Positions 8,819 through 16,366 of a stretch of DNA of 24,407 bases are shown here, in pieces (position 1 is the first letter of the stretch; each line of letters begins with the position of its first letter). Below the pieces are notes generated by a model that worked only from the letters and a program-made list of their open reading frames with translations, had not been told where the DNA came from and made no database searches. The stretch spans positions 1 through 24,407 of the IMG/VR virus record IMGVR_UViG_3300023435_000092; one strand, given 5' to 3'. The DNA comes from a virus. Its lineage: Duplodnaviria; Caudoviricetes. The position numbers and the translations under genes were made by a program.

Positions 8819-9048
8819 CTAACCACTCCTATTGTAATTTCTTTCATAGCGAAAAACACCGTTACATCGGCAGGTATTTCTTTTATATCCAATACTACTC
8901 CAGCCCAGAAATCTTTTCCCCACGATGCCTTAAAATAACAGGGAAGGTTATTTTTAACCTGCTTCCAGTTATCTTTGTTTAGCACTATATCTTCTAGTTC
9001 TATTCTTCTTGATATTTTAATCATTTTTACCTTCTTCCAACCACTCAT
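8815..9048 (-). CDS. Hypothetical protein (true start may be ATG9024)
   Basis: ORF track; ATGA overlap with the HD gene. Confidence 0.6.
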   Translation of the reverse strand: MSGWKKVKMIKISRRIELEDIVLNKDNWKQVKNNLPCYFKASWGKDFWAGVVLDIKEIPADVTVFFAMKEITIGVVR

Positions 9049-9235
9049 ACCTAACTGGCATTATTAAATTCCATATTTTCCATTGCAAAATTTTAATAAT
9101 TGTTTTCTTATTATAGAATTGCCAAACTATTTTTTCGGCATCACCAAATAATAGTCTACCATTAATTTTAGATTCTGGTAAAAATACATATCCTTTATCT
9201 TTTAAAAATAAATCTTCTTCTTTATATTTAGTCAT
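9017..9235 (-). CDS. Hypothetical protein (72 aa)
   Basis: SD AGGTGG upstream; ORF track. Confidence 0.6.
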   Translation of the reverse strand: MTKYKEEDLFLKDKGYVFLPESKINGRLLFGDAEKIVWQFYNKKTIIKILQWKIWNLIMPVRYEWLEEGKND

Positions 9236-9245
9236 TCAACCACCT

Positions 9246-9389
9246 TTAAATCTCTTTTATTATTTGGTTGTTTACCCATTCTGATAATGATATTTGGTTC
9301 TTAGCGCAGAACTTTTGTAGTTTCTTTTTGTTTGCTGATTCTAAACTTACTAATGTCGGTACTCTTTTTATATATCTTCTTACGTTCAT
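9246..9389 (-). CDS. Ribbon-helix-helix DNA-binding protein (47 aa), absent from the ORF track
   Basis: MNVRRYIKRVPTLVSLESANKKKLQKFCAKNQISLSEWVNNQIIKEI: beta strand, helix, then S-L-S-E-W-V helix; ATGA overlap with the upstream gene. Confidence 0.7.
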   Translation of the reverse strand: MNVRRYIKRVPTLVSLESANKKKLQKFCAKNQISLSEWVNNQIIKEI

Positions 9390-9538
9390 TTATTCACCCA
9401 CATAGGATATGTTAATTTAATAACACCTATAAAAAAAACTATTAAAAACCAAAGACTATAGTTCATTGATAAGTATACCCCTAATATTGTTATTAATACT
9501 CCTACTGCTGTATAAAATAAGTTTTCTTCATTATTCAT
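9386..9538 (-). CDS. Small 2-TM membrane protein (50 aa, MNNEENLFY...)
   Basis: Start at ATG9538 via TAATG coupling; two hydrophobic segments. Confidence 0.65.
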   Translation of the reverse strand: MNNEENLFYTAVGVLITILGVYLSMNYSLWFLIVFFIGVIKLTYPMWVNK

Positions 9539-10044
9539 TAATAATCCCCTTCCTTTACGAACTTGAATAAGTCCACTGCTAACTTTTTTGTTCTTGGTAG
9601 TACAAAATTTGTGTCGTACTCTGGTGTGCATTTTATCTCGTTTGCAATTATGTGCGGTACAACCTTAAGTATAGCTAACATTTTTATTTGATCTTCTTTA
9701 CTGTGTTCTATTACAGGGCCTTCTGTTGTTTTTGGTAAAGTATCTAAATCTTTCATTGAATTATTTGCAGAAGCTTCATATTGCATTTTAGATACTTTCA
9801 TTGTTTCTGTTTCCTTTATTTCTTCGTGTGCTGTTACTGATTTCTTTGGCACTGCTGTTACTTCTATGTATGTTAGTATGTCGTTCTTTGATGATTCGCT
9901 TTTGATACTGGTAAAGTCCACACGTGTGCCCTTGTCCATTTTCTTAACTCTTTCTTCAAACAAATCGTCGCCAACGTTAAGCCACGCGTCGTCAATTAAT
10001 ACTGATTTGTTTTTTATACTTACTGCCCTTAATGTTCCTAACAT
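9538..10044 (-). CDS. Hypothetical protein with a possible N-terminal OB-fold (ssDNA-binding)
   Basis: SD GGTGA; beta-rich N-terminus with KGTRVDFT, charged linker and helical C-terminus. The fold is inferred. Confidence 0.5.
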   Translation of the reverse strand: MLGTLRAVSIKNKSVLIDDAWLNVGDDLFEERVKKMDKGTRVDFTSIKSESSKNDILTYIEVTAVPKKSVTAHEEIKETETMKVSKMQYEASANNSMKDLDTLPKTTEGPVIEHSKEDQIKMLAILKVVPHIIANEIKCTPEYDTNFVLPRTKKLAVDLFKFVKEGDY

Positions 10045-10796
10045 TACTCATCACCTGACCCTAGTTCCTCTTTAGATAATTTTATTTCATCTTCTTTAAC
10101 ATTATATTTCATAAATAATCCACCTAAGCTAATTAAGTTATATGTGATATTATTATCAATAGTAATAATTGCAGATATATAATATTTATTTTTTCTAAAC
10201 CAACTATATCTATCAGGTATATATTCAACTATATCATCTATTCTAACAAAGTCAGGCGCTTGTAAGAGTTTATCTGGTGGTGTAATCAATGAAAACTCAA
10301 TAGGCTCAACTGTTTTAAATGCTTTTATACCATCAGCAGCTATTTCTACTTCTCCAGTAGGCTTAAATGATCCGCCTATAGATAAACTCTTTGATGATAA
10401 TATATAAATTAATACTTGCCTAGCTTCTTGTGATAAACCTTCTACTGGAAGTTTATTACACTGTTTAGATTTTTGAAGAGAATCTAAACTTTCCAACTTC
10501 TCAACTCTTGCTCTTAGTTTGCATACATCAGAATCGTCTAAGACATCTTCTATATCTGACTTCATATCATCTATGTCATCATCTGTATCATCTAATAATA
10601 CTTCTAGTTTCTTCATCTTTTGTGACAAATCTTTTATTAAAAGTTTGTCGCTCTGTTTAGATTCTTGCAGAGAATTTAAACTTACTTCTAACTCTTTGAT
10701 TGATCTGAAAGCTATATCCAATGTTTCCATACCTAATTTATTATTTATTCTAATTCTTTTCTTATCTACTTTGATCTTATCTAACCATTTACCCAT
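10044..10796 (-). CDS. Coiled-coil protein with an internal 21-aa repeat
   Basis: Likely start ATG10796 (MGKWLDK); SLNSLQESKQSDKLLIKDLSQ versus SLDSLQKSKQCNKLPVEGLSQ. Confidence 0.7.
   Translation of the reverse strand: MGKWLDKIKVDKKRIRINNKLGMETLDIAFRSIKELEVSLNSLQESKQSDKLLIKDLSQKMKKLEVLLDDTDDDIDDMKSDIEDVLDDSDVCKLRARVEKLESLDSLQKSKQCNKLPVEGLSQEARQVLIYILSSKSLSIGGSFKPTGEVEIAADGIKAFKTVEPIEFSLITPPDKLLQAPDFVRIDDIVEYIPDRYSWFRKNKYYISAIITIDNNITYNLISLGGLFMKYNVKEDEIKLSKEELGSGDE
10428..10682. repeat. 63-bp imperfect direct repeat (10428-10490 and 10620-10682)
   Basis: About 50 of 63 bases identical by manual alignment; offset 192 bp, in frame. Confidence 0.85.
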
Positions 10797-10800
10797 AATA

Positions 10801-11043
10801 TCACAACCTATCCTCATTTTCCATTATTCCTTTTTCTATTGTTATTCTATATCTGTTTTTAAACTTGTATTTCTTTCTTAATTTCTTCTTTTCCATTAAT
10901 GCTAAGTTTCTTGACCATACTAATTGCGGGAGGCTTGTTTTGCCATCCTTTTCTGCAAATACATAGTAGTTAGGCATAAAATTCCATTTCCATCCTGTAA
11001 ATGTAATAGTGTGTATTTGTTTTTGAACAAACAAAGTCCACAA
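10801..11043 (-). CDS. Hypothetical basic protein
   Basis: ORF track; GGAGTGA upstream; start uncertain. Confidence 0.5.
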   Translation of the reverse strand: MWTLFVQKQIHTITFTGWKWNFMPNYYVFAEKDGKTSLPQLVWSRNLALMEKKKLRKKYKFKNRYRITIEKGIMENEDRL

Positions 11044-11044
11044 A

Positions 11045-11176
11045 TCACTCCATATACATTTTAAGGAATATAGTATTACCGTGTTTTATTAGGTGTGTAG
11101 TATATCCTCTGTCTTCGTACTCTTTAATTAACTCTTCTTGTTTCCATCTTCCCATTCTAGTTATATCAATTTTCAT
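11045..11176 (-). CDS. Small hypothetical protein (43 aa, MKIDITRMGRWKQEELIKEYEDRGY...)
   Basis: SD AGGTGAG; ATGA overlap; fills the operon; absent from the ORF track. Confidence 0.6.
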   Translation of the reverse strand: MKIDITRMGRWKQEELIKEYEDRGYTTHLIKHGNTIFLKMYME

Positions 11177-11289
11177 TCAATCTCACCTATTTCCTTTCCA
11201 CATCTAGGACATAATATAAAGTGCCCGTCTGTGATTACGTCGTCCTTTGTGAATTGTCCACAATCACTACAATAATAGTCTAACATCAT
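11173..11289 (-). CDS. Zn-ribbon micro-protein (38 aa)
   Basis: MMLDYYCSDCGQFTKDDVITDGHFILCPRCGKEIGEIE; two CxxC motifs; ATGA coupling at both ends. Confidence 0.7.
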   Translation of the reverse strand: MMLDYYCSDCGQFTKDDVITDGHFILCPRCGKEIGEIE

Positions 11290-11447
11290 CTGTCATCGCC
11301 CCATACTGCTTCTGATACTTTATAAGATAACTCGCCATAATACTCTTTGAACTTTTCAACTGTTGAGCAATCACTACATACATAGTTCTCATCACTGAAG
11401 TCTAACCTTTCAATTTTACCACAAATAACACATTTAATTTCTTCCAT
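11286..11447 (-). CDS. Zn-ribbon micro-protein (53 aa)
   Basis: MEEIKCVICGKIERLDFSDENYVCSDCSTV...; CxxC-x14-CxxC. Confidence 0.7.
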   Translation of the reverse strand: MEEIKCVICGKIERLDFSDENYVCSDCSTVEKFKEYYGELSYKVSEAVWGDDR

Positions 11448-11519
11448 TGCAACCAATTCCCAATTTTATACTAAAATTACTCCTGTATAATAAACATTAT
11501 TCTAATGTTAATTACCTAT

Positions 11520-11759
11520 CTAATAATACAGTATTTGTATTATATTATATAAATATAATATAACGTGAAAGTATATAAGGGGATATGCCGCTACATATTG
11601 TGTTGAGAATTAGTAGACCACAACATATTGTGGTTTAAGGAGGAGAAAGTGGGGAAAATAGTAATGAGTAGGAGGGTAATCCTTATAGCAAAACCGTCCC
11701 CACATATCTCAGAGTTTTATGTAACTATAGTATGTTATTAAAGTATTTAAATGTTGCTC
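11520..11759. other. Structured non-coding region with several inverted repeats
   Basis: 11-bp IR at 11540-11563; ACCACAA-N4-TTGTGGT at 11617-11634; ACATATTGTG twice; GTGGGGA...TCCCCAC at 11649-11703; minus-strand TTTAAATA box at 11744-11751. Confidence 0.55.
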
Positions 11760-13763
11760 CTACATTTTCCTATAACATCTAGGTTTGTACTCATAAATGT
11801 TACCTGATACTATTAACTTATTAAGGAAAAAATCTATATCTTCCCCGAACATTTCTTTTATCCTGTCGTATTCTAAATCACTATAGTCGTCAAACGCTTT
11901 AGATACTAGGTCTAATGTTGTTTTAGCCTCTGTATTCATGCCGCTCTGCAACAAACTTAGGTCTGTTTTAGTATTACGGATCTTAATTCCAGCGGACTCG
12001 TAGGAGTCTATTATTAACTCTTTAGCAAATAGTAAATCTTCTATATTAATCTCGTTGCTGAACCTTAACTTAGCACTAGCCTCGGATAATCTCTGTATTG
12101 TATTAGCTACCCTTAAATTGAAACCTTTTAAACTCTCAGAACCTTCCTTTATGTTCTTGAATAGATTAAACGCCTCACGCTTATAATCGTTAACTAATTC
12201 CTTTGGTACTACTGGGTTAAACTTCTTAGCGTGACTAATATACTTCCTAATGAAATCAACGTCTAAGTCTACACTGTCATCTATATTATTATTATAACTA
12301 AATATAGAGTCGTAAATATCTTCCATGTTGTCGTTAATTACTGTATTGTCAATTAAGAAGACTAAGTCAAACCTAGATAATAGAGACGGACTGAACGGAA
12401 GCTCCTGTATTCCTTTATGGTTAAATACGTTATTACGAGGATTAGCTGATGCTATAATACTGGTCTCAGTTTTTAGTACTTGGTGTTGGTTGAATTTATG
12501 TATGTTAATCTTACCGTCTTCCATAGCTGTGTGTAATGAAGCTTTATCGTCATCGCGCATCTTGTCAAACTCGTCAATTAATACTATACCTTTATTACCT
12601 AGTACTAATGCTCCAGGTGTTAAAACAACTTCCTTACTACCCATAAACTCCATTTGCTGAACGGATGCGGTTAATCCTACTCTAGTAGTATCACCACCAT
12701 TAGCTGTCTGAACTCTAGGAACTATATTTCTTACACTGTTCATTAGTTCGGATTTGGCTGTACCTGGGTTTCCTACCATCATTAAATGTATCTCACCACG
12801 CTTTCTATTATTAATGTGTGTTTCACGTGTAACGCCGCCAACTAATTGTAATAGTATAGCTTTTTTAATATTGTCCATACCCTTTACCTTAGGGACAATA
12901 TACTTAATTAACTCATTTACATGGTTATTACTTAGAGCTAATGATTTTAGTTTATCTATATCATTAGGTTCTATTGTGGTATTTTCTAAGCTGTCCTTGT
13001 CAGGTTGTATGTCTACTACCTCTAAATACCAATCCATTGTAGTGCTTTTATTCTCGTGGTCTTTTAATCGTAAGTACCCTATAAATATATTACTTAACCC
13101 TTCCTCAAACCTATTAACTAAGTTTTCAGGGATAAAACATTCTAACTGTATGGGCTTAGATGCCATTTCGCTATCCTCGTAAGGCTCTTGTATTAGCAAT
13201 CTTTGAGTTATTTGCGTGTCGCAGTGTTCTTTCTTTAATTTAAAGTATTTAGTATTATTACATTCAGCTTCAGGACATTCATATGGCTTCTCTATGTTTA
13301 AGCCGTCAATATCAATCATGAAAGTAGTCTTACACTTACCGCACTCGTACGCTGCTTTCTTAAGTGTAGGCTTAGGGAAGGTGTGCTGTATCACCATTCC
13401 CCTTGCTTGTATTAGTTTATCTATATGTTTAGTAGTGACCGACCCGAGGTAGACCTTAAGGGGATGGAGATGGTTAGAGGTCGCAACTCGTATATCATCA
13501 ATTAGTTCCATCCTTTCCTTGTCTAATTCAGATCGGTCTTCTAGTATACTAATAAAACTTGATTTAATTAAACTGTCCAATTCCTGTGTCCCTAGTTTAG
13601 CTTCTTTAAAAATAGTGTTTGAATCTTGCAGCTCCTTATAGTCTAGTTTGAATATATTATTATTATCCTTATCTATGATATCATCTATATAATCTAAATT
13701 ATTATCAATCAAAAAATCTTTTGTATATCGGATTAAAGAATCCATTTCAACCATGCTAACCAT
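11760..13763 (-). CDS. mcm: MCM replicative helicase (full length, ~667 aa)
   Basis: Zn finger CGKC...CPEAEC; Walker A GNPGTAKS; Walker B IDEFDKM; Arg finger SRFD; sensor-2 R; C-terminal wH-like GNIYEYKP. SD GGAGGT supports ATG13763. Confidence 0.95.
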   Translation of the reverse strand: MVSMVEMDSLIRYTKDFLIDNNLDYIDDIIDKDNNNIFKLDYKELQDSNTIFKEAKLGTQELDSLIKSSFISILEDRSELDKERMELIDDIRVATSNHLHPLKVYLGSVTTKHIDKLIQARGMVIQHTFPKPTLKKAAYECGKCKTTFMIDIDGLNIEKPYECPEAECNNTKYFKLKKEHCDTQITQRLLIQEPYEDSEMASKPIQLECFIPENLVNRFEEGLSNIFIGYLRLKDHENKSTTMDWYLEVVDIQPDKDSLENTTIEPNDIDKLKSLALSNNHVNELIKYIVPKVKGMDNIKKAILLQLVGGVTRETHINNRKRGEIHLMMVGNPGTAKSELMNSVRNIVPRVQTANGGDTTRVGLTASVQQMEFMGSKEVVLTPGALVLGNKGIVLIDEFDKMRDDDKASLHTAMEDGKINIHKFNQHQVLKTETSIIASANPRNNVFNHKGIQELPFSPSLLSRFDLVFLIDNTVINDNMEDIYDSIFSYNNNIDDSVDLDVDFIRKYISHAKKFNPVVPKELVNDYKREAFNLFKNIKEGSESLKGFNLRVANTIQRLSEASAKLRFSNEINIEDLLFAKELIIDSYESAGIKIRNTKTDLSLLQSGMNTEAKTTLDLVSKAFDDYSDLEYDRIKEMFGEDIDFFLNKLIVSGNIYEYKPRCYRKM

Positions 13764-13781
13764 AAAGGGCGACCTCCGCAA

Positions 13782-14175
13782 ACTTTTAAATAAAACTTAA
13801 AAGTATAATAGTTATAACAAGCTAGTATATATATGTTTTGTTAGCGTTTAATCAGGACACTAAAAAAAGACCCTAAAAAAGACCATATTTTTAGTTTTTA
13901 TTGCACATACATACTATTTCATACATAGATATATAAAACTAATGATAAATTTAATGGAAACAATAATCTAACAGCAACTGTGTGGAGAACCCTATAGAGT
14001 TATTCCTCTATAATATATATACATAATCACGTTATATAATAAAAAAACCTACTGTATACCTTCGGGGCGATACACTGTTAACCCACACCTTACATGAAAT
14101 GTATAGTATGTGTTTATAATACTTTTGTATGTTTAGGTTATATTAGCAATAAATAGCTAAAAAAGGAGTGATTTT
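13782..14175. promoter_or_regulatory. AT-rich divergent intergenic region: bidirectional promoters, candidate replication origin
   Basis: ~390 bp without a credible ORF at the strand switch; CTAAAAAA(A)GACC tandem pair at 13860-13884; several TATA-like boxes; adjacent to MCM. Confidence 0.5.
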
Positions 14176-14382
14176 TTGAGTAGAATTTTTCATGTAACAA
14201 CATTAGGAATATTACCACTTACAAATGGTGATAAAATTAATAAAAGTTGTTTTATATTTTATGATGATCATAAAGATATTATAAATGATATAAGAGTACA
14301 GTTATTAATGAAAACCAATAATATAGAACAATGGAATATGATAGATAAAATAATTAATAAATATATTAAGGATGTGATTTAA
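14176..14382 (+). CDS. Hypothetical protein, possible regulator
   Basis: SD GGAGTGA with a TTG start; first gene of the rightward block. Confidence 0.55.
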   Translation: MSRIFHVTTLGILPLTNGDKINKSCFIFYDDHKDIINDIRVQLLMKTNNIEQWNMIDKIINKYIKDVI

Positions 14383-14586
14383 ATGGTTAAAGCGGTAACA
14401 TTGAAAGATGAAGTGATAACATTATTAAATAGAATTAGAGATGATAGTAGATTTGGTATGTCATACTCACAATCTATACTATTTTTGTTTGGTGAAATAG
14501 ATAAGCTTGAACAGGAAGCGTTGAAGGATAGAAGGAACTATGTTTTAGCTATAGCTAAACTTGAAAAACATGGAATTAAGTTTTAG
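14383..14586 (+). CDS. RHH / archaeal antitoxin-like DNA-binding protein
   Basis: MVKAVTLKDEVITLLNRIR...MSYSQSILFL resembles the KTITISDEVYxxLxxxK...SFSxxIxxL pattern. Confidence 0.6.
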   Translation: MVKAVTLKDEVITLLNRIRDDSRFGMSYSQSILFLFGEIDKLEQEALKDRRNYVLAIAKLEKHGIKF

Positions 14587-14595
14587 GTGATAAGA

Positions 14596-14943
14596 ATGGA
14601 TGAGGAATATTTTAACAAGGATTCATTAAAGTATTTCACAATGTATTACTTTCTTATTAAGGATACATCTATTAATATAGATAATTTAATAACTAAGTTT
14701 GATGAATATAGTAATAATAAAGGATTAGATATTATTCTAAGTAATAAACAGAAGGAGGCATTATACTATTATTACATACAAAAGAAGTCTAGCGTTGAAT
14801 TTGAGTTAATCAATACGAAGAATCATAATGTTATTGAACAGAATTTGTTTAAGGCAGACTTGGAAATTAAGTTCCTGAAGGAAAGTGTCGCACACTGGAA
14901 GGAAGTAGTGTCTAAGTTGGAAAGATTAGAGGAGATTGAATGA
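14596..14943 (+). CDS. Hypothetical protein
   Basis: SD AGGTGA before ATG14596; LSNKQKEALYYYY helix and a C-terminal coiled coil. Confidence 0.65.
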   Translation: MDEEYFNKDSLKYFTMYYFLIKDTSINIDNLITKFDEYSNNKGLDIILSNKQKEALYYYYIQKKSSVEFELINTKNHNVIEQNLFKADLEIKFLKESVAHWKEVVSKLERLEEIE

Positions 14944-15320
14944 GAGAAATAAAATTTAGAGCATGGGATAAACAAATTAAAGAAATGTTAAGTGTTGATA
15001 AAATTGAATGGGATAGAAAATTAGTTTATATTAGAAGCTCAACAAGAGATCATATGGAAACTCCACGAAGAATATCTGAAGATATATGTTGCTTAATGCA
15101 ATACACCGGTCTTAATGATAAGAACGGAAAGGAAATCTACGAAGGAGATATAGTAGAGTATTTTAAGAGGCGTTATTTTATTAAATTTCATTTAGCTAAT
15201 TTTATGTTATCAAAGAAAGAATCTAATTTTTTAGGATTAAATAGTGCCATATATTCTCAAGACGGAGTATTAACAGTAATAGGTAACATACATAAAAACC
15301 CTAAATTATTAAAGGAGTGA
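14940..15320 (+). CDS. yopX: YopX-family phage protein
   Basis: MREIKFRAWDK, LMQYTGLNDKNGKEIYEGDIV and VIGNIHKNPKLL signatures. Confidence 0.9.
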   Translation: MREIKFRAWDKQIKEMLSVDKIEWDRKLVYIRSSTRDHMETPRRISEDICCLMQYTGLNDKNGKEIYEGDIVEYFKRRYFIKFHLANFMLSKKESNFLGLNSAIYSQDGVLTVIGNIHKNPKLLKE

Positions 15321-15325
15321 GGATT

Positions 15326-15430
15326 ATGGATGTTATAGAACATGATATTAAATGTATTAAGTGTGGAAAGGTAATGAGGACATTCTTGCCATTGGAAGAA
15401 TATATTTGCGATGAATGTAATAAGGAATAG
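15326..15430 (+). CDS. Zn-ribbon micro-protein (34 aa), absent from the ORF track
   Basis: MDVIEHDIKCIKCGKVMRTFLPLEEYICDECNKE; SD GGAGTGAGG. Confidence 0.7.
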   Translation: MDVIEHDIKCIKCGKVMRTFLPLEEYICDECNKE

Positions 15431-15499
15431 TAACCTTTATATAGTACTATATATATTATATATAGGAAGAAATTCCTTATAAATTATAGGTGATAAATT

Positions 15500-15742
15500 A
15501 TGGCAGGGCCAGAAAAAGAGTTCCGTAGTGGAGCAATTAAAGCAACAGTGTGGAAGAACGAAGTTGAATTTAAAGGCGTTAAGACAGATGTATTTAAAAT
15601 AACACTTACTAAATCATACAAAGATAAAAATGGTGAATGGAAAGATACTAACCAATACACTATGAATGATGCACTTAAAGCGGCAGAATTACTTAGAACT
15701 GTGGCTAATCAGTATAACATTGAAGAGGTTAAGAGGGATTAA
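15500..15742 (+). CDS. PC4/YdbC-like nucleic-acid-binding protein
   Basis: PEKEFRSGAIKATVWKN...ITLTKSYKDKNGEWKDTN; SD AGGTGA; TATA CTTTATATAG upstream. Confidence 0.6.
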   Translation: MAGPEKEFRSGAIKATVWKNEVEFKGVKTDVFKITLTKSYKDKNGEWKDTNQYTMNDALKAAELLRTVANQYNIEEVKRD

Positions 15743-15757
15743 TTTCCTTCATTTTAT

Positions 15758-15826
15758 AGCAGGGTAGTATAATAGTATTACGCAGTTTGATCAACTGAGA
15801 TGCGAGTTCAATTCTCGTTCCAGCTA
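15758..15826 (+). tRNA. Atypical tRNA-like gene (centred anticodon GAU; short anticodon arm)
   Basis: Acceptor AGCAGGG/TCCAGCT-A (one A-A mismatch); T8A9; D-arm GTAT..TTAC; T-arm GCGAG-TTCAATT-CTCGT; anticodon arm CAGT-TTGATCA-ACTG; no encoded CCA. Confidence 0.7.
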
Positions 15827-15895
15827 TTATAGAAAGACTTATAAAGATTGAATCCCTCTTTATAAATATATGCAGACTGACAAAGAAGTGACAAT

Positions 15896-16366
15896 ATGGG
15901 AAAAGTAGGAAGACCACCAGTAAAAACATCATTTAAGAAAGGTGATGCACGTAGCAGAGCTGCTGCTAGTAAAGGTGGGAAGACAAAGAAAATACAAACT
16001 AAAATACTTAAGGAACTTAAAGATATTGCTAAACTTGATTCTAATAATTACATGGAAAAGATAGATGTAATTAATCCGTCAACAGGTGACAGGAAACAAA
16101 CCTACTCAATCCTATTAGCTGGAGAGAAAGGGTTTGACTATTTATTATCTCGTAGATTTACTGAGATAGAAGAATCAATACAACAAGCGATGGCTAAGAC
16201 TAATAATCCTAAGGAACACATGGAATTGATGAAGCAAGGATTCAATACACTGAAACAATTAAGAGAAACATTGTACGGAACTAATACTAATATTAAAGCT
16301 GACGTTAAGACAGAAGATGTATCAAAAGACTTATGGGACAAATTAGGGCAGAAGTGGAAGAAATGA
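15896..16366 (+). CDS. terS: Putative terminase small subunit
   Basis: Directly upstream of TerL with ATGA overlap; basic N-terminus GRPP..FKKGD..ASKGG; helical body. Confidence 0.65.
   Translation: MGKVGRPPVKTSFKKGDARSRAAASKGGKTKKIQTKILKELKDIAKLDSNNYMEKIDVINPSTGDRKQTYSILLAGEKGFDYLLSRRFTEIEESIQQAMAKTNNPKEHMELMKQGFNTLKQLRETLYGTNTNIKADVKTEDVSKDLWDKLGQKWKK

Noticed and set aside
11590-11635. Mini-CRISPR array from the repeated ACATATTGTG
   Set aside because: Only two 10-bp copies; too short for CRISPR repeats.
5268-13763. Host chromosomal DNA flanking a provirus (thermosome and MCM as cellular genes)
   Set aside because: Both genes are divergent, embedded among small viral-type ORFs and bounded by virion genes on both sides; no integrase or att site was seen.
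15783-15797. UGA-suppressor (TCA) or Ser (TGA) anticodon implying recoding
   Set aside because: Neither triplet is centred on the stem, and TGA, TAG and TAA all end genes normally with no fragmented ORFs.
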